Shown one piece after another: positions 20,834 through 29,500 of a DNA stretch of 64,000 nt. The notes beneath the pieces are model-generated. The model was not told where the DNA came from, searched no databases, and was given only the letters and a program-made list of their open reading frames with translations. The translations under genes were made by a program, and so were the position numbers. The DNA is taken from NCBI GenBank assembly GCA_044222685.1, contig JBGAMU010000011.1, positions 4,582-68,581 on the forward strand, written 5' to 3'. The number at the start of each line of letters is the position of its first letter. Position 1 is the stretch's first letter. The DNA comes from Burkholderiaceae bacterium. GTDB lineage: Bacteria; Pseudomonadota; Gammaproteobacteria; Burkholderiales; Burkholderiaceae_C.

Positions 20834-22746
20834 GGTCCCCACCCTGTTGGCTGGCCGCCTGCCAGGCGGCTCGAATGACCCAGGGCCCATCGACCGTCGT
20901 CGGGGCCGGGTTCGTCTCTGATACCGACACGCGTCTTCACGCGCTTCCAGTTCTCGGTCACGTGGCACTGCTCGCACGCCGGGCCGAAGGCACCGTCGTG
21001 CGTGTCGTCGCGGCGGTGGCAGGCAATGCAGTTGGTGCCGGTGTCGGCGGCAGCCTTGCCCTTGGGGGCCGGCCGCGTGTGGCAGGCCTCGCAGGCCACC
21101 TTGCGGTGCGCGCCGTCGAGCACGTATCTCGCGCGGCGGGTGTGGTCGTAGTCCCAGATGCCCCAGGCGCGCGCGTTGTGGCAGCTCTCGCAGGCGGTGC
21201 CGAACTTGAGCTTGTGCTTGTCGTCCTTCTCGTGGCAGCTGAAGCAGTCACGCGGCGCGTCCTTGTAGCGCGCGGTCTTATGGCAGTCGGCGCACTTCAC
21301 CGGAACGTGTTTGCCCACCAGCGGGAAGCGCGTGGCTGCGTGGTCAAAGCGCGGCACCTTCCAGTCGCGGTCGTTATGGCAGCTCTCGCACTTGGGGCCG
21401 AGCTGGCCCTCGTGCTTGTCGTCCTTCTTGTGGCACGACAGGCAGTCCCTGGGCGTATCGCGATAGTGCTTGAGGTCCTTGTGGCAGTCCTTGCACTGCA
21501 CCTTCTTCGCCGCATGCGCGTTGCGCAGCTGGAACTTGGTCTTGTCGTGGTCGAAGCGCTTCACGTCCTTCCAGTCGCGCTCGCTGTGGCACGACTCGCA
21601 CTTCGTGCCGAGCGTCGCCTCGTGCTTGTCGTCCTTCTTGTGGCAGCCGATGCAGTCCTTCGGCGCCTCCTTGTAGTTCGTGCTCTTGTGGCAGTCGCCG
21701 CACTTGGTGTCGATGTGCTTGCCCAGCAGCGGGAACTTGGTCTTGTCGTGGTCGAACTTGCCTTTTTCCTTCCAGCTGCTCTCGACGTGGCAGGCCGCGC
21801 AGTCGCGACCCAGGCTGCCCTTGTGGCCCTTGGCGGAGTCGTCGTCCTTCTTGTGGCAGTCGATGCAGGCGGTGCCGACCTTGTCCTTGTAGAGGTGCCC
21901 GGTGTGGCAGTCGGCGCACTTGGTCTGCTTGTGCTTGCCGCGCAGCAGGTACTTGGTGTCGGTGTCGTGGTTGAAGGTGCTCGGCTTCCACGCCTTCACA
22001 CCGTGGCAGCTGTCGCACTTGTCGCCGTACAAGCCCTTGTGGCCCTTGTTGCCGTCGTCATCCTTCTTGTGGCAGCCGATGCAGGTGCGCGGCGCGGCCT
22101 TGTAGTCGTCGCCCTTCTTGTGGCAGTCGACGCACTTGGCGTCGGCGTGCTTGCCCTTCAGCGCGAAGCGCGTCTTGTCATGGTCGAACTTGGCCTTCTC
22201 TTTCCAGTCGTTGTCGGTGTGGCAGTCGGCGCACTTGGTGCCGAGCGATCCCTTGTGCACGTCGTCCTTCCTGTGGCACGCGTTGCAGTCCGACGGCGCC
22301 TCCCAGTACTTCTTCTTCGGCTCGTGGCACTTCTCGCAGGCCACCTGCTTGTGCTTGCCGCGCAGCGCGTAGTCAGACTCGTCGTGATCGAACTTCTGCT
22401 TGTCGAAGACGACGATGCGCGCCGCGCGGCCCTTGTGGTCGGTGTGGCAGCTGCGACAGGTCGCCTGCGGCTTCTGTCGCCCGTGGTAGCCGGTGCGCTC
22501 ACGCATGTCGACGCCCACTTCCTTGTGGCAGTCCATGCACAGCCGGTCCTGCGCGTTCTTGTCGAAGCGCACGTGGCACTTCGAGCAGTCCTCTTCCCAC
22601 TTGGCGTGCCCCTGGATCAGCTCGCCGGGGCGCAGCACGGACTCGATGTTCTGCGCGGCCGCAGGAACGACCGCGAAGAGCGCGAGCAGCAACGTCCACA
22701 GCCAGCGTAGGCAGGATAGTTGTGGAGTGGCGCGCCACGGTGTCAA
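20830..22746 (-). CDS. multihaem c-type cytochrome, 24 CxxCH arranged as eight c7/c3-like triads
   Basis: Repeating FDH(D/A)xT.F.L.GKH...C..CH...C..CHKKDDKH...C..CH units; Lys-rich. No in-frame ATG precedes the signal peptide (WLWTLLLALFAVVPAAAQ). I propose the TTG at 22746, which follows GAGGA. Confidence 0.9.
   Translation of the reverse strand: MTPWRATPQLSCLRWLWTLLLALFAVVPAAAQNIESVLRPGELIQGHAKWEEDCSKCHVRFDKNAQDRLCMDCHKEVGVDMRERTGYHGRQKPQATCRSCHTDHKGRAARIVVFDKQKFDHDESDYALRGKHKQVACEKCHEPKKKYWEAPSDCNACHRKDDVHKGSLGTKCADCHTDNDWKEKAKFDHDKTRFALKGKHADAKCVDCHKKGDDYKAAPRTCIGCHKKDDDGNKGHKGLYGDKCDSCHGVKAWKPSTFNHDTDTKYLLRGKHKQTKCADCHTGHLYKDKVGTACIDCHKKDDDSAKGHKGSLGRDCAACHVESSWKEKGKFDHDKTKFPLLGKHIDTKCGDCHKSTNYKEAPKDCIGCHKKDDKHEATLGTKCESCHSERDWKDVKRFDHDKTKFQLRNAHAAKKVQCKDCHKDLKHYRDTPRDCLSCHKKDDKHEGQLGPKCESCHNDRDWKVPRFDHAATRFPLVGKHVPVKCADCHKTARYKDAPRDCFSCHEKDDKHKLKFGTACESCHNARAWGIWDYDHTRRARYVLDGAHRKVACEACHTRPAPKGKAAADTGTNCIACHRRDDTHDGAFGPACEQCHVTENWKRVKTRVGIRDEPGPDDGRWALGHSSRLAGGQPTGWGP
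20962..22587 (-). repeat. array of eight c7-like triheme modules (protein-level repeat)
   Basis: 24 CxxCH motifs with regular spacing; FDHDKT.F.L.GKH and CHKKDDKH recur. Confidence 0.8.
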
Positions 22747-22763
22747 TCCAATCCTCGGAGTCG

Positions 22764-23849
22764 TCAGTAGGCGTGCACAGCGAACACGTGGACGACGGCG
22801 CTGATGACGAGAAGGTAGATGAACGGCAGATGCGCCATGTGCCAGAGCGCGAAGACACGCTCGTACGCCGTGTACTGCGCGACGCGCACCACGGCATTCA
22901 GGTAGTGATCCACCAGGCGCCTGGCGCGCCGCCGGCGGCGCCGAAGATCGTGCGGCGACCACTTGTGGCGCACGGCCATCTGCTCCAGCGGCTTGCGCAG
23001 CTCGATCACGCATCGCAGATAGGTGAACCATTGCTGCACCGGCAGCCAGGTCACTTGGCGCAGGTGCGTGACCCAGGTGGAGTCGGCGTGCAGTTCGCGT
23101 TGCTCGAAGGCAAGCAGGCGAGCTTCGACCTTGGGCGCGAAGTGAAGGCGCGACCGCGCCGCGTTCTCGACGAAGCCCGCATTCTCGCGCAGTGTGTGCA
23201 GCGTCGTGCGTTCACCGTTCAGTCCACGGTGGACACGCACATAGATGAATCGGCCGATCACCCCGCTGGCCACCACGATGCCCATGCTGTACAGCGCGAC
23301 GCCTGCGTTGAGAGACCCGATCTTGAACGTCGAGTGCACAAGGATCAGCCACGGCCCGGTGATGCCCAGGAAGAGATGGAACCAGAACCACCACTTCACC
23401 TTGCCGATGCCGCGCATGAAGCCGACGTACTTGCGAAGCGGGTAGACGAACAGCGCGAGCATCATCGAGCCGCCGGTCACACCGATCCAGTAATTGGTGT
23501 CGCCATTCACCTTCACGAGACCAAGCTGCGTGATCTCCCAGGCGGCGAACACCAGGGCGCCGAGCAGCAGGTACAGCAACAGGTCCTCGCGCGCTGGGCT
23601 GCTGTCGGCCGACTTGCGTGGGGGAACCGTGGCGTCCAGCTCGGCGTCGGTCTTGTTTGGCTCGAGTTGCGCTACAGCCGGCTTCGCTTGCGGCGCCACG
23701 AGTTCAGCTTGCGGCGTCGTGCCTGCCCGGCGGCGACGGCCACGCGGAAACACGGTCTGATCCAGCGGCTCAGCGCTGGCATCGACGTTCGGATCGATCA
23801 GGGTGGCGGTGTTCATGCGGGGCGAATCAACGCGCCGGTCGGGGTTCAA
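22764..23849 (-). CDS. inner-membrane protein with paired transmembrane histidines (candidate dihaem-b electron carrier)
   Basis: About five hydrophobic helices. FHLFLGITGPWLILVHS and WHMAHLPFIYLLVISAVVHVFAVH carry His residues about 14 positions apart. Start is TTG at 23849 or ATG at 23816. Confidence 0.7.
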   Translation of the reverse strand: MNPDRRVDSPRMNTATLIDPNVDASAEPLDQTVFPRGRRRRAGTTPQAELVAPQAKPAVAQLEPNKTDAELDATVPPRKSADSSPAREDLLLYLLLGALVFAAWEITQLGLVKVNGDTNYWIGVTGGSMMLALFVYPLRKYVGFMRGIGKVKWWFWFHLFLGITGPWLILVHSTFKIGSLNAGVALYSMGIVVASGVIGRFIYVRVHRGLNGERTTLHTLRENAGFVENAARSRLHFAPKVEARLLAFEQRELHADSTWVTHLRQVTWLPVQQWFTYLRCVIELRKPLEQMAVRHKWSPHDLRRRRRRARRLVDHYLNAVVRVAQYTAYERVFALWHMAHLPFIYLLVISAVVHVFAVHAY

Positions 23850-23992
23850 TCGCCCAGCGTGCTCTCAGGTAGATGTGCGGAATGTACTTTTTGCGAAAGA
23901 CCATTGTCGGGTCGGCTTCGCGCTTCTTTGGTGTGAAAAGGTTGCGATCCGAAATGGGCCCCACTGCGAATGCGGGGCCGACAGGCTGGTTT

Positions 23993-24008
23993 CTTAACGG
24001 CCGTTAAG
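23993..24008. promoter_or_regulatory. perfect palindrome CTTAAC-GGCC-GTTAAG upstream of the cytochrome gene train
   Basis: Read directly; lies ~145 nt upstream of the start at 23849 in a relatively AT-rich intergenic region. Confidence 0.3.
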
Positions 24009-24088
24009 TCAGTCGCAGGCGATGGCCTCGATTCAAATCGCAAAGCAGTGCAATGCCGCCCCTCTGCGGCCCGACAGCGCTTTCAGGC

Positions 24089-24106
24089 GATTGATTCGAG
24101 TCAATC
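24089..24106. promoter_or_regulatory. palindrome GATTGA-N6-TCAATC
   Basis: Read directly in the same intergenic region (23850-24198). Confidence 0.25.
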
Positions 24107-24198
24107 ACCGTGGGTAGCATCCGGTTGCCAAACCCGTTGTCACGAGAACGCCAATGACCGCGCGGCGCGCTGGGCCATGGCATGACTTAAGCCTGACT

Positions 24199-25269
24199 TC
24201 AGAATGGTTCGCTTACGCGTGACGGCGTTCGATGGTCACCGAACAGGTAGACCAGATCTGCACTGCCGGAGTGGCCGACCGATTTGCCACTCTGCGCCAG
24301 CCAGGTTGTCGCGCGTGCTCGTCCGGCGTCGCGCAGTCGCAGCAGCAGTTGGGGATGTGTCAACAACCTGGACTCCGCCGGCAGGTCGGCCAGGTCATCG
24401 TGTCCGTCGATCAAATGCCAGCGCAACGCACGAAGACGTCGTTCCAACGGTCCGGGCCACCAGGCCTGCCGCGCCATCGACGTGGCGCTCGCGAGCCAGT
24501 GCATTTCGCGCAGGAACGCGGCATTGAACGCGATCTCGACCGCGCGAGCGCGGATCTCGCCCACCGCCTCGGGTGTGTCACCCAGCGTCCAGGGGCTCAG
24601 CATCACCACCAGCACATCGCGCACGGCGACATCGTGGACGAGCGGAAACAGCGCGGGGTTGGCGCTGTAGCCGCCGTCCCAGTAGGGTTCGCCATCAATC
24701 GTCACCGCACGCTGCAACGTCGGCAGACAGGCCGAGGCCAGCACGACATCGACCGACAGCTCATCGTTGCCAAAGACGCGCAGCCGGCCGCTGTTGGCCT
24801 GTGTCGCGGCGATGAACAGGCGCACGTCACGTTGGCGTCGCAGTCTCTCGAAGTCGACCGCCTTCACCAGCAGATCGCGCAACGGATCCATGCGCAACGG
24901 ATTCATGTGAGTCGGCGAGAACATCGACGCCCACTGCAGCATCATGCGACCCGCCGGCGTGAGCCGATCCCCACTGGCGCCGACCAGGCCCGCGGCCTCC
25001 CAGGACACGGACCCACCGAGCGCGTTCCAGAACCCGTCGAGGGCGGCTCGCGCGCCGGCAGGGCCCGAATCGAGCAGGCCATGCGCGAGCACCACGGCAT
25101 TGACTGCACCGGCGCTGGTGCCGCTGACGGCGGCGATGGGGTGCGAGGATTGTTCGAGGAGCGTGTCGAGCACGCCCCAGGTATAGGCGCCGTGCGCTCC
25201 GCCGCCTTGCAGGGCCAGGCTCAAGCGGTGAGGCGCGCGTTCCAGTCCGAGCATCGATGGGCGGAGCAT
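24199..25269 (-). CDS. patatin-like phospholipase
   Basis: GGGAHGAYTWGVLD oxyanion loop, GTSAGA nucleophile elbow and WDGGYSANP Asp motif. Start moved to MLRPSMLGLE. Confidence 0.85.
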   Translation of the reverse strand: MLRPSMLGLERAPHRLSLALQGGGAHGAYTWGVLDTLLEQSSHPIAAVSGTSAGAVNAVVLAHGLLDSGPAGARAALDGFWNALGGSVSWEAAGLVGASGDRLTPAGRMMLQWASMFSPTHMNPLRMDPLRDLLVKAVDFERLRRQRDVRLFIAATQANSGRLRVFGNDELSVDVVLASACLPTLQRAVTIDGEPYWDGGYSANPALFPLVHDVAVRDVLVVMLSPWTLGDTPEAVGEIRARAVEIAFNAAFLREMHWLASATSMARQAWWPGPLERRLRALRWHLIDGHDDLADLPAESRLLTHPQLLLRLRDAGRARATTWLAQSGKSVGHSGSADLVYLFGDHRTPSRVSEPF

Positions 25270-25411
25270 GCCATTGCTTAAGGTCAAGTAAGGCTTGGCG
25301 TCATGTGACCGTTTGTTTGCGGGGTTTCGACCGGCGCGGTGGGGTCTCTGCGTACCCGCGTGGACTGAAGCTGACAAGAATGACAGCCGTCAATACAGCG
25401 CCCTCCCGATC

Positions 25412-26101
25412 ATGCGGTTGTTAGTGGTTGAAGACGATCCGCTGATGGGCTCGGCGGTCCAGAAGTCCCTGCTGCGCACGGGTCATGCCGTCGACTGGAT
25501 TCGCCGAGGCGGCGAGCTGATCCACGCGCTGCGCACCTTTGCCTACGACGCGGTGCTGGTCGACCTGGGTCTGCCAGACATCGGCGGCGAGTTGTTGGTG
25601 CGCCAGGCCAAGGCCCACAACGCACGCTTGCCAGTCGTGGTGATGACCGCCCGGGGTGCCGTCAGCGATCGGGTGACGCTACTCGACGTCGGGGCGGACG
25701 ACTATCTGGTCAAGCCGTTCGACTTGAACGAGCTCGGCGCCAGGCTGCGCGCCGTGATGCGGCGAACGCCATCTAACGGCGGCAGGGACTGCGAGGCCGA
25801 TCTCGAAGTGGGCATGTTGACGTTCAGCCCGTCGCGCCGCTCGGCCACTTGGCACGGGACGCCGGTGCGCCTGACCAACAAGGAATACAGGGTGCTGGAG
25901 ATGCTGGTGCGCCGCAGGCACCAGGTGCTCACGCGTGCGCAGCTCGAAAGTGCCATGTACGACGACGGCGATGACGTCGACAGCAACTCCGTCGAGGTCT
26001 ACATCCACTTTCTGCGCCGCAAGTTCAGCGCCTCGCTGATCCAGACCGTGCGCGGCGTGGGCTACCAGCTCGGCGACACGCGCGCGTTGGCATCTCTCTG
26101 A
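25412..26101 (+). CDS. OmpR/QseB-family response regulator (no adjacent kinase)
   Basis: MRLLVVEDDPLMG..., VLVDLGLPD, VVVMTARG, DDYLVKPF, and a winged-helix C-terminus ending RGVGYQL. Confidence 0.9.
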   Translation: MRLLVVEDDPLMGSAVQKSLLRTGHAVDWIRRGGELIHALRTFAYDAVLVDLGLPDIGGELLVRQAKAHNARLPVVVMTARGAVSDRVTLLDVGADDYLVKPFDLNELGARLRAVMRRTPSNGGRDCEADLEVGMLTFSPSRRSATWHGTPVRLTNKEYRVLEMLVRRRHQVLTRAQLESAMYDDGDDVDSNSVEVYIHFLRRKFSASLIQTVRGVGYQLGDTRALASL

Positions 26102-26596
26102 CGCACATCTCGCGCGGCGCGCAGCAGCGCGACATTGCTCAACCGACATCGATTCGAACGCACGCGCGCCGGGCGTGATCGCCGGCGCGCGGCCCGTTGA
26201 CGCACGGGGTTCCCCCCTGACTGCGGGGGACGCTGAAGGGGCGCCGAGGCTTCGCTTTCAGGCGCATTTAAGAAAGCACGGAGACCCCGCGGTTTATCGC
26301 TCGCTGATTGGGGGATTCCCCTCTTTTTCGCGGCGGGTCCTCCCCCAACGACGTAACGCAATGGCGTCGGTACCTTGACAACCCATGCGAGGCCCGAAAA
26401 GGGCGTCGTGTCACAAGCGGACAAGTCCTGTCCGGGGGATGTCATGAAACCAGTCTCGAGCTCTACGACCTGCCAGTTGCGAATCGGCCTTCGGGCGGCG
26501 TCGCAATCCGGTGTGGCACGCGCGTTTCCGCGCGAGGACCTCGAGACCAGACCCGGGTCGTGTGTTGTACCTGTCGGGCACCGTGGGAGCGTCACT

Positions 26597-29500
26597 ATGA
26601 AGACCCAGAGCAGCGCCAAGCCGTTCCAGATGATCCGACTGTCAGCCGCGCTCGTGATGGCGCTGGCGCTGTGGCTGCTGCTGAGCGTCGCCGCGCAGGC
26701 CGCGCCGTTGAGGCTCAAGGTCATCGGCGTCGCCGCCAATGGCACGCAGACGGACATCACCGCTACCGCGGACTATCGCTGGACGGTAGAGCAGGACGCG
26801 ACCAAGGCATCGGTTCCCGGCAGGGCCGCCGACATCACCAACTACTCGTTCAGCTTCCATACCAGCTACATGCCGGTCGTGGCGGCCGGGCGGGCGGGTA
26901 CGGCGAGCAAGACAGCGCCTCACCAGGATCCTGACGTCCTGCGCCTGTACAGCCAGGCGCTGCCCGACCTCGATGCAAGCAAGCGCTACTACGTGTCGGT
27001 CGCGGCGGTGGGCTACCAGATGGGTGGTGCGCCGGTCGTGTTCAACGGCGGCACGCCGGAGGCCACCGTCTATCTCAATCAGTACGAGCTGCCGACGGCA
27101 CAGATCTCCGTCTTTGCGTTCAACGACAACAGCCCGATCAACGGTGCACCCGACCTGCCGCAGGAGCAGGGCCTTGCCGGCTTCACCGTGAAACTCATCG
27201 AGGCAGGCGGTACCTTCGGGCAATCGGGTGGCGAAGTCACGCAGGACGCGTTCGGCAATCCACTGGGTACGACCTATAACGCAGACGGCACCGTCAGAGT
27301 TCGCGGCAGCGGCATCATCCTCACCGACGCCAACGGCGTCGCGGTGATCAAGAACCTGTTCCCCGCCAAGTACACGATCTTCATCAACCCGCCGGTCGGT
27401 TCCGACTGGCACCAGACCTCGACGATCGAAGGCACCAAGGGCAGCGACGCCTGGGTCAAGAACAACGAACCCCAGTTCTTCCAGGAGTTCGGTCCGCCCG
27501 GCCACCACGTCTTCCTGGGCTTCACCCGGTCGGGGTTCATCGCGCGCAATGCGAACAACACGCCGGTGCTGAATGGCGCCAACGCGATCACGGGCCGGAT
27601 CGTCAATACGCACTACTCGCGTCCGCCCATCTATACGTTCCACAACGGCGCGCCGGTGAACGACTGCTGGGTCGGCCTGAACGAGACCAAGGCCAACGGC
27701 GGCCGCGCGCTTTACGCGGCGGCCTGCAACAAGGACAGCACGTTCCGCATCCCGAACGTGCCGGCAGGGACTTACGAGCTGGTGGTCTGGGACGAGCCGC
27801 TCGACATGATCATCGCGGCGACGACGATCACCGTTCCCGCCGGTGGTCTGACGATGGGTGACGTGCCCGTGGCCAGCTGGTTCGGGCGCTACCAGGGCCG
27901 CGTGTTCCAGGACATCGACGGCACCGGCTTGCCGTACTTCGTGGCGGACTTCGATCGCCCCTACGTGTACGTCAATCCGATCACCGGCGTGGAAGAGGAG
28001 CGCCAGCAATCGTTCAAGGCGGGTGACCTCAAGCCGCCGTTCGGCTCCGGCATCGCCAACAACCTTCGATTCCGCGACGGCAGCATCTACCAATCGACGA
28101 CGACCAAGGACGACGGCACGTTCGCCTTCACCGAGGTTTTCCCCTTCTTCAACTGGCTGGTCGCCGAGATCGACTACGCGCGCTTCAAGGCGACCAGCGC
28201 CAACGTGGTCGTCGACGGCGGCGGGCCGATCGATCCTGCGGCCAACCGGGCAAAGCTGTGGAACGCCGCGCCTGGCAGTTTCGGCAGCAACGACCCAGCG
28301 CTCAAGTACGACCCATGGACGCGGCTCAATCCGCAGTTGCAGGCGCCCGGCGAGTGCCCGGAGGGGAGGGCAGCCCCCTGCTACTTCCGCACGGAGAGCG
28401 TCGCAGGCGGTCCGGGCGCGATTCTGCTCGAAGGCATGCAGACCTTCCTCGGCCAGACCAACCACGTCGAGTGGGGCAAGGTCCCCTACAAGATCGACGA
28501 GAACGGCGGCATTGCCGGCATCGTCTACTACGGCATCACCCGGGCCGAGGACGACCCGCGATATGCCGCAGCGGAAAACTGGGAGCCTGGCATTCCGCGC
28601 GTCCAGGTCAACGTATTCCTCGACTGCGATGCCGATGGCGTGCCCGACAAGCCGAAGAACGACGGCACGGGCGAATGCGAGGCCGGTGGCCTGAGTACGC
28701 AGGGATACCAGTACGTCAAGCCCGACGTCGACAACTATCCGTTCTGCTGGCGCGATCCGGCTTCCTGCGGACTGACCGCGCCCAGCAAGGGCCCTGAAGA
28801 CGTGGTACGCGGTGGCAATGGCACTGCCTTCAGCTACGGCGACGTGCTGCGCTGGGGTGCGCCAGGCACCTACGCGACGCGGGCGGACGCCGAGGCTGCG
28901 CAACTTCATGTCGGCCTCGGCAAGACCGACTCCTGGGACGATTCGGTCCCGTTCGGTTGCCCCGATCCGACGCCGTACACGATTCCCAACTCGACAACGC
29001 AACTCGACTGCTTCGACGGCCTGCGCAACTTCAATCAGGTGCGCCCGTCGGTGTTCGACGGTGGTTTTGCGTTCGGCCGTGTGGCTGGCCAGGCCGAGTT
29101 GCCGATGATCATCGGCGCCAACGGTGACGGCAAATACATCCTCGAAGCCGTGGCTCCCCCGGGATATCTGCACCAGGGCAATGGCGACAAGAACGTCGTC
29201 TTCGGTGATTCGCTGAAGGCCTCGCCGGCCGCGCTGCCACACGAGTGCGTCGGCATGGAGCTCGACGTTCCGCAGTTCCTCACATTGTTCCCTGGCGAGC
29301 CTAACCCGAACTTCGGCAACCCACAGTACCCGAACAACAAGTGGCGCAAGTGCGACATGAAGTCCGTTCCGCTGACACCGGGGCTCAATGCGGCGCCCAA
29401 CTTCTTCATGTTCACCGAGGCGCCTGTTGCGGGCCACGGCGTGGGCTTCATCCTCGACGACACTGCAGCCGAGTTCAACCGCTTCGCGCCCACATTCGGC

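Noticed and set aside
15301-22710. Very long plus-strand ORFs (983, 697 and 676 aa) across the barrel and cytochrome genes.
   Set aside because: They mirror the real minus-strand genes, which carry signal peptides, 51 CxxCH motifs and a barrel terminus. Their translations are low-complexity R/G/A/V strings.
23846-24043. 65-aa ORF and other small ORFs in the 23850-24198 intergenic region, considered as possible small proteins or sRNAs. A tRNA was also considered.
   Set aside because: There is no RBS, no hydrophobic or conserved pattern and no cloverleaf-compatible structure. The region is better explained as a promoter/operator region.
24199-26596. Looked for island boundaries (integrase, transposase, tRNA, direct repeats) around the accessory block.
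   Set aside because: None is visible anywhere in the window, so I do not call a mobile element or genomic island. An older acquisition cannot be excluded without compositional statistics.
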